Source: Candidatus Latescibacterota bacterium (GTDB taxonomy: Bacteria > Latescibacterota > UBA2968 > UBA8231). Taken from it: a DNA stretch of 64,000 nt. The position numbers were made by a program, and so were the translations under genes. Where the stretch lies: NCBI GenBank assembly GCA_965204725.1, contig OZ242005.1, positions 1,280,001 to 1,344,000 on the forward strand, read 5' to 3'. The notes under the pieces were generated by a model. The model made no database searches. It saw nothing but the letters and a program-made list of their open reading frames with translations, and was not told where the DNA came from. Numbering within the stretch: position 1 is the first letter of the stretch; each line of letters opens with the position of its first letter. Shown one piece after another: positions 18,936-28,181 of the stretch.

Positions 18936-19498
18936 GCTGGAACTCGCCCGATCTGCGGGGGCGTCGCCGGTTGGGCCTCGCCCTGTTTTTGAGCTCGCTG
19001 GCCATGCTCTTTGGCGCCAGCATCGCGGCCTTTGCTTACCTGCGGCTGACTAGCCCGGTGCTGCGGGGGAGCGAGCGCATTGAACTGCCGCTGGTGCTCG
19101 GCGTTTCGACGATCGTGCTGTTGGGTGCTGGGCTGGCCATGTACAAGGCGACGCAGAACGCCCGGCGCGGGCACTTCCCGCTCCTGCGGCGGTGGCTGGC
19201 CCGGGCTTGGGTGACGAGCGCGCTGTTTATCGCCGTGCAGGTGCCGGCACTGCTACAGCTACTCGACCGCCACCGAGCGCTGGAGGCGAGTGCCTACGGC
19301 ATTGCATTCGCGCTGGTCGTGGTTCACGCGCTGCACGTGGTCGGCGGGATGGTGCCGTTGTCGGTGCTAGCTTGGAAGGCGCACGTAAATCGGCTCGACA
19401 GCGAGCACCTCTTTACGGTGCGGGCCTGCGCTGCGTACTGGCATTTCCTCGAAGCGGTGTGGATCGCGCTGTTGGCCGCGCTTTTTGTGTGGGGATGA
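18932..19498 (+). CDS. Cytochrome c oxidase subunit III-like membrane protein
   Basis: GLALFLSSLAMLF, HALHVVGG, YWHFLEAVW; five hydrophobic segments. Confidence 0.82.
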   Translation: MSWNSPDLRGRRRLGLALFLSSLAMLFGASIAAFAYLRLTSPVLRGSERIELPLVLGVSTIVLLGAGLAMYKATQNARRGHFPLLRRWLARAWVTSALFIAVQVPALLQLLDRHRALEASAYGIAFALVVVHALHVVGGMVPLSVLAWKAHVNRLDSEHLFTVRACAAYWHFLEAVWIALLAALFVWG

Positions 19499-19537
19499 AA
19501 AGTGGGCAAAAGAAGGCCATAGCGCATTTCTCCCAAC

Positions 19538-21865
19538 CTAGTAGGCCACGGCCACGACGCGCCTCGCGCTGCGCTCTCCGGCGTCGCCAGTGACTTGCAG
19601 TTCGGCTATGTAGAGGCCGGGCGGTACGCGCTGGCCGTCTAGGTCGCGGCCGTCCCAGTGATAGGCGATGTCGCCTGCCTGACCGGCCTGCTCTAGAATA
19701 AAAAGCGGCTGGCCGGACAAATCGTAGATCCGCAGGTGCAAGGGGCGGGCGGAAAGCACGTTGATGAGGTCGAAGGAGATGCGGAGTTGGTCGTTGATCC
19801 CGTCGCCGTTGGGCGTGATGAGCGCGGGGCTGAAAGAGAGGTCGGCAAAGAGTTGGTCGGCGATGGGCAGGCGCACGATGTTGGAGCTGCTCTCGACTTG
19901 GGGGGAGGCGTCGCCCGGATCGACGAGTTGTCGCGTCGGCGTCTTTTGGCTGTCTTCGAGAAAGGCGTCAAAGCGGGTCGCCTGCACATAGACCGGCGCG
20001 GTAAAGCGCAGCTCGACGAGTTGGCGGCTGCGAATGCGGCGCGGGAACGTGGCGCGAAAGCCCTGAGCGAGAGCCTCAACGGCGACCTCGACCCGCTCGC
20101 CATCGACCAAGGCGGCGTCAAAGTGGGGGACTGTGGAAGCTTCAATTGCGATCCGGTCGAAGCCGTCTTGGGTCGTTGTGGGCCGCAGGAAATAGGAAAA
20201 CAGGGTCCTTTGGCCGGGCGCGACCTCGAGGGGGAACACCTCGCCGACCACCTCGGCAGCCAGCGGGTCGCTGAAGTTGACGGCCAGCCAGTCGAAGCGG
20301 GGTGCCTGCGTGGGGCTGTCGGACACCAAGCGCACATCGAGTTCCATAAAGCGGCGCGGCGAAGGGGACAAAAAGGCCGCGCCCGAAGCGCGGTAGAGGT
20401 TGCTATAGGGGCTCCAGTCGGTCCCGGCGATGCGCGTAGTGTCGATTTTGCCCTTGAAACTGGGGATTAGTTTGCCGTAGCGCTTCTCGCTTACTTGCCG
20501 GCCGTTTTTATCGTAAAAGGTGTATTGCTCCACGACCTCGTTGCCCGTGCGCGAGCGGATTTCGATGTGAGTGCCCAATGGGGTCTGGGCCTGCCACTCA
20601 ATCGAGTTGAGATTTTTGCCGCGGCCCAAGTCAATCAGCGGCGAGCGGAGACGGACCGCGAGCGGATAGCCCTCGCCGTACACTTGGATTTCTTCGGCCG
20701 AGCCGTTGGCGTAGCAGCCCCAGCGCGAGGAGGCGTCGGGCAGGGCCGCAGCACAGGCGGCATCCCATATTAGCCAAACGATGCGGACGTAGCGGGCCGG
20801 TAGGGTGGGGAATTGGTGGTCGGCCAGCCCGGCGTTGTGGTTTTCGCTGCTCGCTTCCCCGGCAAAGTGCCGCGTCCATATTCGGGTGCCGTCGGGGGCG
20901 CTGGTGCCGTCCGAGGTGAGGACCTCGTAGTTTTTGTAGCTGAAGGAGCGCGAGCCGCTGGCCCCGGCCCGGGTGCGGAGGAGGTGTTCGCCAAAGCCGC
21001 CGCGGATGGCCACGCCGGTAATCAGGCGCACGAAATCCACTGGATAAACCGCCCCTAAGTCGATGGTGATGTGGCTGTAGGTGTTGTAGGTGTTGCGCGG
21101 CTCGCGCCCATTGCGCCAGCGGTCGAAGATGGAGCCATCCACTAGGTTGAGCGCGTTGCCCAAGGTAACCTCTTCGGCGCGGACAAAGGCGTCAATGACC
21201 ACGTCGATGGCCCCGCCGCGCTCGATGAGGTTGAGGATGAGGTTGTCGCCGATGCTCTCGACCTCAACGGCGACGAGCCGAGCGTTGGGAACGTGCTTGA
21301 GGTTGCGGATTTGCAGGTAGCGGATCGGCGTCAGGTAGAGCGCGTCGCCCGGGGCGTAGGCGACGCGGTGGCGCGTGTTTTCCTTAAAGCGTTCCTTAAT
21401 GCGGTAGATCAGGGAGCCGGCGACCGGATTGGCGACGTGGTCGAGCTGGGGCTCGCCGGCCGAGAGCAAGAGGTCGAACAGCTCAAAAGGGGGCGCGTCG
21501 TTGGCAAAGACGAGCGCGATGCTGTGCGCTGAGACGCTGCGGCCGAGGTCTATTTCCACGAACCAATCGGCCGGATCGTCCGTCGGGTTGGGTGCCCAGC
21601 CGGTCGCCGGGTTGCCGTCTAGGAGGGCGCGGGCGTCGCCGGGGTTGGAGCCGGCCCGATGGATGCCGCCGCCAAAAGCCGAGGCGTCGCGCACGGCATC
21701 CACGCCCTTTTGGACGCGCACGGGCTGGATTGCGCCGCTGGCCGCGATTTGGACCGCGCCCACCGGCACTTGCCAGTCGCGCCAATCGCGCCTCGAGTCA
21801 AAGCGCAACTGGTCCGCGCTCGCGCTACCGGCGAGCAAGACGAGGAGAGCGCAGGCCATGGACAT
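19538..21865 (-). CDS. Secreted protein, discoidin-like domains plus C-terminal FlgD-Ig/CHU_C-like domain (paralog 1, subtype A)
   Basis: Signal peptide ending ASA-DQLRFD; LLDGNPATGW..EIDLGR; ITPNGDGIND, IYDLSG, WDGRD..G..VPPGLY; ends VAVAY. Confidence 0.85.
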   Translation of the reverse strand: MSMACALLVLLAGSASADQLRFDSRRDWRDWQVPVGAVQIAASGAIQPVRVQKGVDAVRDASAFGGGIHRAGSNPGDARALLDGNPATGWAPNPTDDPADWFVEIDLGRSVSAHSIALVFANDAPPFELFDLLLSAGEPQLDHVANPVAGSLIYRIKERFKENTRHRVAYAPGDALYLTPIRYLQIRNLKHVPNARLVAVEVESIGDNLILNLIERGGAIDVVIDAFVRAEEVTLGNALNLVDGSIFDRWRNGREPRNTYNTYSHITIDLGAVYPVDFVRLITGVAIRGGFGEHLLRTRAGASGSRSFSYKNYEVLTSDGTSAPDGTRIWTRHFAGEASSENHNAGLADHQFPTLPARYVRIVWLIWDAACAAALPDASSRWGCYANGSAEEIQVYGEGYPLAVRLRSPLIDLGRGKNLNSIEWQAQTPLGTHIEIRSRTGNEVVEQYTFYDKNGRQVSEKRYGKLIPSFKGKIDTTRIAGTDWSPYSNLYRASGAAFLSPSPRRFMELDVRLVSDSPTQAPRFDWLAVNFSDPLAAEVVGEVFPLEVAPGQRTLFSYFLRPTTTQDGFDRIAIEASTVPHFDAALVDGERVEVAVEALAQGFRATFPRRIRSRQLVELRFTAPVYVQATRFDAFLEDSQKTPTRQLVDPGDASPQVESSSNIVRLPIADQLFADLSFSPALITPNGDGINDQLRISFDLINVLSARPLHLRIYDLSGQPLFILEQAGQAGDIAYHWDGRDLDGQRVPPGLYIAELQVTGDAGERSARRVVAVAY

Positions 21866-21919
21866 GATGTATTGCAAAGTACTTTTACCGACCGCGTAAA
21901 TCAACTTGGACGCTAAGAC

Positions 21920-22741
21920 ATGGGGCGCGTTGTGCTAGGAATCGCCGTGCTGGCGGCGGTGGGCTACGTTTTGGCCGCGGCCTATCTCTATTTTTTTCAG
22001 GAAAAATTCATCTACAGGCCGAGTGTTCGCATCGGGGGGACGCCGGCCGCAGTGGGGATGCGCTACGAGGAAGTCTCGTTGGTCGCCAGCGACGGGGTGC
22101 AGCTAAGCGGGTGGTACTTGCCGTTGGCCAATGCGCGGGGTACCGTGCTTTTTTGCCACGGCAATGCGGGCAATATGTCGCACTTGCTCGCCGTGGCCGA
22201 GGACGCGCATCGGTTGGGCTTGGGGATTTTGCTGTTTGACTATCGCGGCTATGGCCAGAGCGCGGGGACGCCATCGGAGGACGGTACGTATCGCGATGCC
22301 GAGGCGGCTTGGAACTACTTGGTGCGCGAAGCCGGCCTCGCCCCGGATCAGATCGCTGTTATCGGCCGCTCGTTGGGCGGGCCGATTGCCGCATGGCTGG
22401 CGCGGGCCAAAAAGCCGGCCGCGCTGTTCTTGGAGGCGACCTTTACCTCCATACCCGAGCTGGGCCAAACGCTGTATCCGATTTTTCCGATTGGCCTGCT
22501 CGCCCGCTACGAGTATCCCACGTTGGAGTACCTAAGGCAGGTCCAGTGCCCAGTGCTGATTGCGCACAGCCGCGACGACCGGCTGATTCCATTCGCGCAC
22601 GGCCAGCGGCTATACGAGGTCGCCGGCTCGCCCAAGGCGTTTACCGAGCTGCGGGGCGGCCACGGCTCGGCCTTTAGCGAGGACGCGGTCGCATATAAGG
22701 CCGGAGTGGAGGCGTTTTTGACGGAGGTGTTAGGGTGGTGA
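21920..22741 (+). CDS. Alpha/beta hydrolase (ABHD13/BEM46-like), N-terminal membrane anchor
   Basis: FCHGNAGN, FDYRGYG, GRSLGG, HSRDD, GGH. Confidence 0.9.
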   Translation: MGRVVLGIAVLAAVGYVLAAAYLYFFQEKFIYRPSVRIGGTPAAVGMRYEEVSLVASDGVQLSGWYLPLANARGTVLFCHGNAGNMSHLLAVAEDAHRLGLGILLFDYRGYGQSAGTPSEDGTYRDAEAAWNYLVREAGLAPDQIAVIGRSLGGPIAAWLARAKKPAALFLEATFTSIPELGQTLYPIFPIGLLARYEYPTLEYLRQVQCPVLIAHSRDDRLIPFAHGQRLYEVAGSPKAFTELRGGHGSAFSEDAVAYKAGVEAFLTEVLGW

Positions 22742-22835
22742 CGGAGGTGCTTTTGGCACTGGACGAATAGAGGCTTTGCCACCGCCCTTATTTGAGAATA
22801 GTATGTAGCCCACAAACCAACCTGTGGAGGAAGAC

Positions 22836-24056
22836 ATGAGCGAAAAAACCAAGGGCGAGGTCGTGCGACTGGCGATGGTGGGTTGCGGCGGCATGGCCGG
22901 AGCGCACTTGCGGGGGTACGAAGAGTTGCTAAAAAAGGGCGAGACGCGGTTTTGCATTGTCGCGGCCGTAGATGCCGTGCCCGCACGGGCTGAGGAGTTT
23001 GCGGCGCGCATCAATGGGTTCGCTGGCTGGGAAGTCCAGACCTATACCAGCGTGGCCGAGCTGCTCGCCGGGGAAGACGCGCTCGATGGGGCCGATATAT
23101 GCAGCCCGCACGGCTTGCACCACGTGCTGGCCTGCGAGCTGCTAGAGGGCGGGGTTCACGTGCTGGTCGAAAAGCCGATTGGGGTCACCGTGCGGGCCTC
23201 AAAGAAGATCGCGCAGACGGCGCAGCGCTGCGGGCGGGTCGCGGCCACGGCCGAGCAATGCCGCCGCTCCTTGGGCCAGCGCACCATCCACTGGGCCTTT
23301 AAGGACGGCCTGTTGGGCGCGCCGAAAATGTGGTGGGCCGTGCAGGCCGGGTGGCGCGATCCAGCGGTCGTGCCCAATTGGCACTGGCGCGTCGATCGCA
23401 AGTTGGGGGGGTGCGGCATGGTCATGGACAGCGGGGCGCACTGGGTTGACACCATGCGCTATTGGTTTGGCGAGATTGAGAGCGTGTACGCCCGGGTGGA
23501 GCAGATCTACCCGCGCCCTCATCGCCGCGGCGAGGCCCTGGTCGATAGTGCGTCCGAGGACTTTTGGACCAGCATATTCAACTTCAAAAGCGGATTAATC
23601 GGCACGTGGTCGTGGACCATCAGCGCGCCCGGCAAGGGGTTTACTCAACTGACGCTGAGCGGCGAGAAGGGATCGATCATCGACGCAGACATCTTCCACC
23701 CAGCCGCCTCTCAGGAGCGCGGCGAGTGCCAACTCGCCAGCGGTGTCACGTACAGCATGTCTAAGCTGCAAGAAATGTATTTGGCGACCCTGAGCGAGGA
23801 AGAAAAGGACGCGCTCTTCCCCTATGGAATCACCGGCGGGGTGACGCTGGAGTTGTGGGACTTTATCGACGCGCTGAGTGCAGGGCGACCGGTGGAAATC
23901 GACGCGGAGGAAGGCTTGCGGAGCAAGGCCGTCAGCGAGGCCATTTACGAATCCGGCCAGTCCGGGCAGGTGGTACAGGTTGCCGATGTGTTGGCCGGCA
24001 AAATCGACGCGTACCAGCGCGACATTGACCAAGCGTGGGGGCTAGATGCCAATTAG
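22836..24056 (+). CDS. Gfo/Idh/MocA family oxidoreductase
   Basis: VGCGGMA, HVLVEKP, GGCGMVMDSGAHWVD. Confidence 0.9.
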   Translation: MSEKTKGEVVRLAMVGCGGMAGAHLRGYEELLKKGETRFCIVAAVDAVPARAEEFAARINGFAGWEVQTYTSVAELLAGEDALDGADICSPHGLHHVLACELLEGGVHVLVEKPIGVTVRASKKIAQTAQRCGRVAATAEQCRRSLGQRTIHWAFKDGLLGAPKMWWAVQAGWRDPAVVPNWHWRVDRKLGGCGMVMDSGAHWVDTMRYWFGEIESVYARVEQIYPRPHRRGEALVDSASEDFWTSIFNFKSGLIGTWSWTISAPGKGFTQLTLSGEKGSIIDADIFHPAASQERGECQLASGVTYSMSKLQEMYLATLSEEEKDALFPYGITGGVTLELWDFIDALSAGRPVEIDAEEGLRSKAVSEAIYESGQSGQVVQVADVLAGKIDAYQRDIDQAWGLDAN

Positions 24057-25058
24057 GCGGTGCCACAGCCGCTTTAGGGCTTGGTCGGTGCGCTGGGCGT
24101 CGAACGGGTTGGTGCGCTCGATGTCGGCGAAGTGTGCGGGGCGGGCTGGGTCTGGCAACAGGCGGAATGTGAAGAGGTACGCGCCGGTGGAGTCGAGATA
24201 GAAGTCGGAGCGACCAAAGCGCAGGTCGTAGAAGTAGAGGGCATCGGCGCGGTGCTCCACCCGATAGTACCCGCGCGAAAACCACAACAGGCGTTGGACG
24301 GGTGGATCGTCGAGTTGGGGGGCGATGAGCGGGGTGTTGCGCTCAATGCGGCGGAAGCGGATGGCCGAGTCGGCGTCGAGCAGGGAATACAGCCCGGCCC
24401 ACAGGTGGTCGCCCTCGCCGGCCAAGCCCGACCACAGCACGGCGTTGAACGGAGTCGGCGCGATGTGCAGACGCTCGTAAGCAATGCCTTGATCGGAGAG
24501 GGCGCGGGCAAAGGTGCTGCGCACGTGCAGGCAAGTCGCGGTGGTGGCAAGCAGGTACGCCGTGCTCAAGCCAAGGCCCAGCGCGTTGAGCCGCCGCCGC
24601 CAGCGCGGTCGCCGCTGGCACAGGGCGGCGATGAGGCCGCCCGCCAAGGGCAGGGTATAGAGCGGATCGATGACGGAGATGGAACTGAAGGCGACCGGGT
24701 ACTTGCTAAACGGACTGAATAGTTGGGTGCCGTAGCCGGTGAAGCAGTCGAGGAGGGCGTGGGTGAGAAGTGCCCAAAACCCAAGCGCGGCCCACTCGCG
24801 CCAAGGCGCGGCGCGGTGGAGCTTGGACAGCGCCCACCCCACTCCGAGGCTGCCGACTACGGCAAAGAGCAGGGAGTGCGACATCCAGCGGTGAAAGCCC
24901 AGTTGGTCGGTCTCCGACAGAAAGACTGCTCCCAACACATCAAGGTCTGGGAGGATGCCCAGGGCCGCGCCCCACAGGGGGGCTTTGTTGCCAACCTTTT
25001 TGCCTAAAACCTTTTCGCCAACGGCCGCGCCGAGCGCGATTTGCGTAACGCTATCCAT
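24042..25058 (-). CDS. Membrane metal-dependent hydrolase (YdjM-like)
   Basis: MDSVTQIALGAAVGE, LPDLD, HRWMSHS, THALLDCFTGYGTQ, IDPLYT. Confidence 0.88.
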   Translation of the reverse strand: MDSVTQIALGAAVGEKVLGKKVGNKAPLWGAALGILPDLDVLGAVFLSETDQLGFHRWMSHSLLFAVVGSLGVGWALSKLHRAAPWREWAALGFWALLTHALLDCFTGYGTQLFSPFSKYPVAFSSISVIDPLYTLPLAGGLIAALCQRRPRWRRRLNALGLGLSTAYLLATTATCLHVRSTFARALSDQGIAYERLHIAPTPFNAVLWSGLAGEGDHLWAGLYSLLDADSAIRFRRIERNTPLIAPQLDDPPVQRLLWFSRGYYRVEHRADALYFYDLRFGRSDFYLDSTGAYLFTFRLLPDPARPAHFADIERTNPFDAQRTDQALKRLWHRLIGI

Positions 25059-25154
25059 AGAGGTTTTTGATTTGCAGAGAACGTACAAAGAAAACGCCGC
25101 GTGTGCATCTTGGAGGCCGACCCAGCGCGATAAACCGGCCGCGCACTTGGACCG

Positions 25155-26759
25155 ATGACGACCACAACTATGCGTTTCTTCAATACGGCCGGCCCGATCA
25201 AGACGGACCTCCACTACCACGTTCCGTTGCTATCGCGGCTCGACCTCGACGATGTGCTGCTGCTCATTCGGCAGGAGAAGTACTTCGTCCTGCACGCGCC
25301 GCGGCAGACGGGCAAGACCTCGGCCTTGTTCGCCTTAAAGGACGCCCTGAACGCCAGTGGTGAATTCCGCTGCGTATATGCGAACATTGAGGCCGCCCAG
25401 ACGGCGCGCGAGGACGTCGCACGGGCGATGCGGGCGATCCTCGCCGAACTACAACTTGCGGCAGCCGATTTACTGGGCGATGAGGCGCGGATGGCCCGGT
25501 GGCCTGGGGTGCTGGAGGAGGTGGGGCCGGATGGCGCGCTCCGGGTCGCGCTGGCGCGTTGGGCGGCGGCCGACCCCAAGCCCTTGGTGCTGCTGCTCGA
25601 CGAGGTGGACGCGCTGGTCGGCGACAGCCTGCTGTCGGTGCTGAGGCAGCTCCGCGCTGGCTACCCCGACCGCCCGCGTCGCTTTCCCCAGAGCGTCATC
25701 CTCTGCGGGGTGCGCGACGTGCGCGACTACCGCATTCAGTCGTCCGCTGAAAACGCCATCATTGCCGGGGGTAGTGCCTTCAACATCCGCGCCGAGTCCC
25801 TGCGGCTTGGGGATTTTTCCCGGCCGGAGGTCGAGGCCCTGCTGGCGCAGCATACCGCCGTGACCGGCCAAGCGTTCACCGACGCGGCGCGACACGACGT
25901 CTGGACGCTGACCCAAGGCCAGCCGTGGCTGGTCAATGCGCTGGCGTATGAGGCCTGTTTTAAGAACAAGGCCGGGCGCGACCGTAGCCGGGCGATCACT
26001 GCCGATGCGATCCAAGACGCCCGCGAGCAGCTAATCCTGCGCCGCGAGACGCACCTCGACCAACTCACCGACAAGCTCCAAGAGGAGCGAGTGCGTCGCG
26101 TGATCGAGCCGCTGCTGAAAGGGGCCGATGACGCGGGATCGTTTGCCGACGACGACTTGCAGTACGTGCGCGACTTGGGCTTGGTCGCACAGCACCGCCC
26201 CGTCGCCATCGCCAACCCGATCTACCGCGAGGTCATCCCCCGCGCTCTCACCTGGACCACGCAGGAGATGTCGATCCACCACGACCCGGCTTGGTACGTC
26301 GATGACAGCGGTCGCTTGCAGGTGAGCAAGTTGCTGACGGCGTTCCAAGGGTTTTTCCGCGAGCATTCCGAGCACTGGGTGGAGCGGTTCCAGTACAAGG
26401 AAGCGGGGCCGCAGTTGCTGCTGCAAGCGTTCTTGCAGCGCATCGTCAACAGCGGCGGGCGCATTGAGCGCGAGTATGGCTTGGGTCGGCGTCGCACCGA
26501 TTTGCTGCTGGTGTGGCCGGTGGATAGAGATCGCGGTCGGCCGCAAAAGGTGGTCATTGAGTGCAAGGTGCTGCACGGGGGCTTTGAGCGGACGTTGCGC
26601 GAAGGGCTGGCGCAGACGCGCGCTTACATGGACCGCTGCGCTACGGCCGAGGGACACTTGGTGCTGTTCGACCGGAGCGAGGGCACGTCGTGGGACGACA
26701 AGGTGTATCGCCGCGAGGAAACCGAAGGGGGGGTGCCGGTCGCCGTGTGGGGGATGTGA
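25155..26759 (+). CDS. AAA-like ATPase with C-terminal PD-(D/E)XK-like domain
   Basis: RFFNTAGP, Walker A APRQTGKT, Walker B LLLDEVD, IEREYGLGRRRTDL...VIECK. Confidence 0.85.
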   Translation: MTTTTMRFFNTAGPIKTDLHYHVPLLSRLDLDDVLLLIRQEKYFVLHAPRQTGKTSALFALKDALNASGEFRCVYANIEAAQTAREDVARAMRAILAELQLAAADLLGDEARMARWPGVLEEVGPDGALRVALARWAAADPKPLVLLLDEVDALVGDSLLSVLRQLRAGYPDRPRRFPQSVILCGVRDVRDYRIQSSAENAIIAGGSAFNIRAESLRLGDFSRPEVEALLAQHTAVTGQAFTDAARHDVWTLTQGQPWLVNALAYEACFKNKAGRDRSRAITADAIQDAREQLILRRETHLDQLTDKLQEERVRRVIEPLLKGADDAGSFADDDLQYVRDLGLVAQHRPVAIANPIYREVIPRALTWTTQEMSIHHDPAWYVDDSGRLQVSKLLTAFQGFFREHSEHWVERFQYKEAGPQLLLQAFLQRIVNSGGRIEREYGLGRRRTDLLLVWPVDRDRGRPQKVVIECKVLHGGFERTLREGLAQTRAYMDRCATAEGHLVLFDRSEGTSWDDKVYRREETEGGVPVAVWGM

Positions 26760-26760
26760 T

Positions 26761-26859
26761 GTAATGTTTAACGCGCAGGATTTCTTGCCGGGTTCCACCC
26801 TATTTAATATGCAGATTCTAACGCCTGCCCAAGCCATACGGCGGCTGAAGAAAGGATGA
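26761..26859 (+). pseudogene. C-terminal relic of PIN-family toxin
   Basis: VMFNAQDFLPGSTLFNMQILTPAQAIRRLKKG*, resembling the PIN_3 tail VTFNxxDFxPxxxxFGIxVLTPxxxL; ATGA overlap with the next gene. Confidence 0.65.
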
Positions 26860-27110
26860 AGATCATGGCTAGCACGAACCCGTATTCCCTCCATCTACTG
26901 GCCTCGCTCAAATCCGAGGCCGAAAAAGTGGCGGCAGCCGAGGGCACGACGCTAAACCAGTTTATCAACGTGGCCGTAGCGGAGAAGCTAGCGGCTTTGC
27001 GGACCGCCCGCTACTTCCAAGACCGGGCTGCTGGTGCCGATTTGGAGGCTTTTGACCGTCTCTTGGCAATGGCAGGTGATGAGCCACCGCGCCTTGAGGA
27101 TGAGATGTAA
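26856..27110 (+). CDS. RHH/HicB-like antitoxin
   Basis: YSLHLLASLKSEAEKVAAAEGTTLNQFINVAVAEKL. Start 26856 or 26865. Confidence 0.8.
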   Translation: MKIMASTNPYSLHLLASLKSEAEKVAAAEGTTLNQFINVAVAEKLAALRTARYFQDRAAGADLEAFDRLLAMAGDEPPRLEDEM

Positions 27111-27132
27111 AGTTACTCATGGACGAAGCAGT

Positions 27133-27375
27133 ATGGCCTCTATAGTTGAGCAATATGCCCCTCTGATTCCCGTTGTGAAGCAGTCTCCCAAGCAGTATCT
27201 ATGGTCTTCCTATGATGCCGAAGCCGACGTGTTGTATGTGAACTTCAAAAAGCCCAGCCACGCCGACGATAGCGAACTGACCGACGATGACGTAGTCATC
27301 CGCTACGAGCAAGGCCAAGTGATCGGTCTGACGATCCTCAACGCCAGCCGGCGTTTGCCGCCCGCCACCCCCTGA
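27133..27375 (+). CDS. DUF2283 domain protein (putative antitoxin)
   Basis: YDAEADVLYVNF...DDSELTDDDVVIRY...VIGLTILNAS. Confidence 0.85.
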   Translation: MASIVEQYAPLIPVVKQSPKQYLWSSYDAEADVLYVNFKKPSHADDSELTDDDVVIRYEQGQVIGLTILNASRRLPPATP

Positions 27376-27376
27376 A

Positions 27377-27414
27377 TTGACCTATTTATATCCAATTGGT
27401 TATGATGCTATAAT
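27377..27414 (+). promoter_or_regulatory. Promoter with extended -10, probably giving a leaderless transcript
   Basis: TTGACC at 27377; TGCTATAAT (27406-27414) ends 5 nt before ATG 27420; no RBS. Confidence 0.6.
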
Positions 27415-27419
27415 GCTTT

Positions 27420-27785
27420 ATGAACTACGAAAGACTGAACTTAAAAGAGGCTATATGGATCGGGGATTCTAAGGCAAAGCTGAAGGAATTCCCGGAGTCT
27501 GTTCAAAAGGATATAGGGGACGCTCTGTTTATTGCACAGGCGGGAAGCATGTCGCCAGCGGCCAAACCATTCAGGGGCGTTGGCTCAGGAGTTTTTGAAA
27601 TACGGGCAGATCACAGAACAGACACTTACCGTGCTGTGTATGCGGTGAAAATAGGAGAGAGGGTTTATGTGCTGCATTGTTTTCAAAAAAAATCAAGGCG
27701 CGGAATAAAAACTCCAAAGGAAGAGATAGACCTTATCAAGAGACGTCTAAAAATGGCACGGGAACTGGAGGCGAATGAATTATGA
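27420..27785 (+). CDS. RelE/ParE-superfamily toxin (Gp49/HigB-like)
   Basis: WIGDSKAKLKEFP, GVGSGVFEIR, TYRAVY, VLHCFQKKS. Confidence 0.9.
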   Translation: MNYERLNLKEAIWIGDSKAKLKEFPESVQKDIGDALFIAQAGSMSPAAKPFRGVGSGVFEIRADHRTDTYRAVYAVKIGERVYVLHCFQKKSRRGIKTPKEEIDLIKRRLKMARELEANEL

Positions 27786-28105
27786 CCGAGAAGATTCTGT
27801 TTGAAAAGAGTTCAGGCAATGTGTTTGAGGATCTCGGCTTGCCAGACGCAGAGGAATTATTTCTTAGGGCGACGCTTGGATTTAAGGTGTTTCAGATTAT
27901 AGAAGATCGGAAGCTGACCCAAACAGAAGCCGCGGAGATTTTAGGGGTTAAGCAACCTGAAATATCCCGGTTGAAGAAGGGCGAGTTTAACCATTACAGC
28001 GTTGAGCGGTTAATGACGTTTCTCAATCGACTGAATCTCGATATTGAGATTCGCATTATTCCCTCAGAAGATAGAGAAGGACAGCAGCGAGTTGTTGCTG
28101 TTTAG
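27782..28105 (+). CDS. XRE-family HTH antitoxin
   Basis: SSGNVFEDLGLPDAEE, LTQTEAAEILGVKQPEISRL; ATGA overlap with the toxin gene. Confidence 0.9.
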   Translation: MTEKILFEKSSGNVFEDLGLPDAEELFLRATLGFKVFQIIEDRKLTQTEAAEILGVKQPEISRLKKGEFNHYSVERLMTFLNRLNLDIEIRIIPSEDREGQQRVVAV

Positions 28106-28181
28106 CTCTTCCAACTCCTTTGGCGCATCATTGGATTATTGTCGGCTATCGCCAGAGGACTGTTAAAGAGGGGCCACGCTT

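Noticed and set aside
27119-27145. MDEAVWPL* as a fifth toxin relic before DUF2283
   Set aside because: Too short to support on its own; mentioned only as weak support for the overall pattern.
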